From Methanotrichaceae archaeon (GTDB lineage Archaea > Halobacteriota > Methanosarcinia > Methanotrichales > Methanotrichaceae), in assembly GCA_963803145.1 (NCBI GenBank), contig CAWDLW010000015.1:361733-425732 (forward strand): 64,000 bases of DNA, read 5' to 3'. The position numbers were made by a program, and so were the translations under genes. The notes beneath the pieces are model-generated. The model ran no database searches. It had not been told where the DNA came from and was given only the letters and a program-made list of their open reading frames with translations. Shown here piece by piece: positions 63,061-64,000 of this stretch (its first letter is position 1; the number at the start of each line of letters is the position of its first letter).

Positions 63061-63864
63061 TCAGGATTCATACCCGTTCTTCTGCCGCCCTAGTCTGGCT
63101 TTCCGCACCTTCGGACGTATTGCTACTTCATTAGGGAGGTCTAATGCCTCTCGGATGGCCAAAGCTAGCTTTGGACCTATTCCATTGCAGTCGTTGAGGT
63201 AGGTATCCGGTTTTTTAGGCTCCAAAGTCAGATTGAACCTTTTCAGAATGCTCCGCGACCTTGCGGGGCCGATGCCGTTTCCAATCAGCATGGACAGCCC
63301 CACGAGTTTCCGTTCGTCCTCAGCAGGACTTGGCCGAAAGCCCAACAAATCCCCTCCCTTCAGGATCTTGCGGACTCTGAGGAGCATACGTCCATAGGGA
63401 TTCTCCTTCAGTCTCCATATCCGGATATTGCAGCCCTCACAGTTGGCCTCGAAGCCCTCGATCATATCAGTATACTCTATGATCTTATCAGCGGCCTCCA
63501 GCCCGGGGAAACCTCTTGAGGAAACCGCACTAGCTACGGCGGAAGCCACATCAGAGTCTCCTCCCAGGACTATGATTATCAGTGGATCCTGAAGCTCTCG
63601 ACCTGTCAAAACCTGCTGATATAGGCGGCCTTCGGGATTGATGATCGATGCTACGTAATCGCTCTGGTGGTCGCCGGTGAAGTCTTTGAGCTCGATATTT
63701 AGAGCACGATCCATCCATTGGAAACGCAGGTCGTGCGATAGGTTCTCGACCTTCCATAAAAGGAAGTGCTTATCAGCATCGACCGATTTCACGATGCGCA
63801 TGGCTCTTAGGCGGTGAGCTTCGTTTGTATCGATAGAGACGAGGATGGGGGAAGGCTTTGCCAT
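63061..63864 (-). CDS. ERCC4/XPF-like nuclease with HhH motifs
   Basis: IDTNE...D...IELK...DYVASI...GRLYQQ; two GIGP motifs. Confidence 0.65.
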   Translation of the reverse strand: MAKPSPILVSIDTNEAHRLRAMRIVKSVDADKHFLLWKVENLSHDLRFQWMDRALNIELKDFTGDHQSDYVASIINPEGRLYQQVLTGRELQDPLIIIVLGGDSDVASAVASAVSSRGFPGLEAADKIIEYTDMIEGFEANCEGCNIRIWRLKENPYGRMLLRVRKILKGGDLLGFRPSPAEDERKLVGLSMLIGNGIGPARSRSILKRFNLTLEPKKPDTYLNDCNGIGPKLALAIREALDLPNEVAIRPKVRKARLGRQKNGYES

Positions 63865-64000
63865 TTAAACCTTCCCATGCGTCCATCCTAAGTTAAAAGT
63901 TTGCGATGTTTTTGGAAGAATAGCTATCGCAAGGCGAAGTCAGAAATTATAGTCTAACAGCCGTTCCGTATGTTCTTGCTGTCCACAAGACCAGTAGATT

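Overview
Archaeal window, most likely a methanogen of the Methanothrix/Methanotrichaceae type (inferred from the F420-binding beta subunit, FmdE, SAMP/ThiI, MutL and the many Asn/Ser/Thr-rich secreted proteins). It mixes housekeeping blocks (modABC-F420 beta subunit-fmdE-fdhA-fdhD; mutL; moeB-thiI-moaD) with heavily IS-invaded accessory DNA: about 13 IS elements or relics from the IS5, IS200, IS256, IS630, IS1, IS701 and IS1634 families, most with readable terminal repeats and target duplications. Main candidates for novel biology: (1) a RiPP-like cluster at the left edge, with a radical SAM enzyme, an unannotated 33-aa precursor (MKYEKP...CEGCGCGT), a PqqD/RRE protein and a prenyltransferase/squalene-cyclase-fold enzyme; (2) a CRISPR-independent CARF-HEPN + mCpol nucleotide-signalling pair, divergent from a second HEPN gene; (3) a three-gene module (EACC1-like membrane protein, caspase, NB-ARC-TPR) interrupted by IS630; (4) six tiny tandem ORFs sharing an N-terminal R-h-x-x-h-E coiled-coil motif in a relic integrated element; (5) a dispersed GC-rich structured repeat. 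No rRNA, tRNA or CRISPR array was seen. Family assignments come from motifs read by eye; no database search was run.
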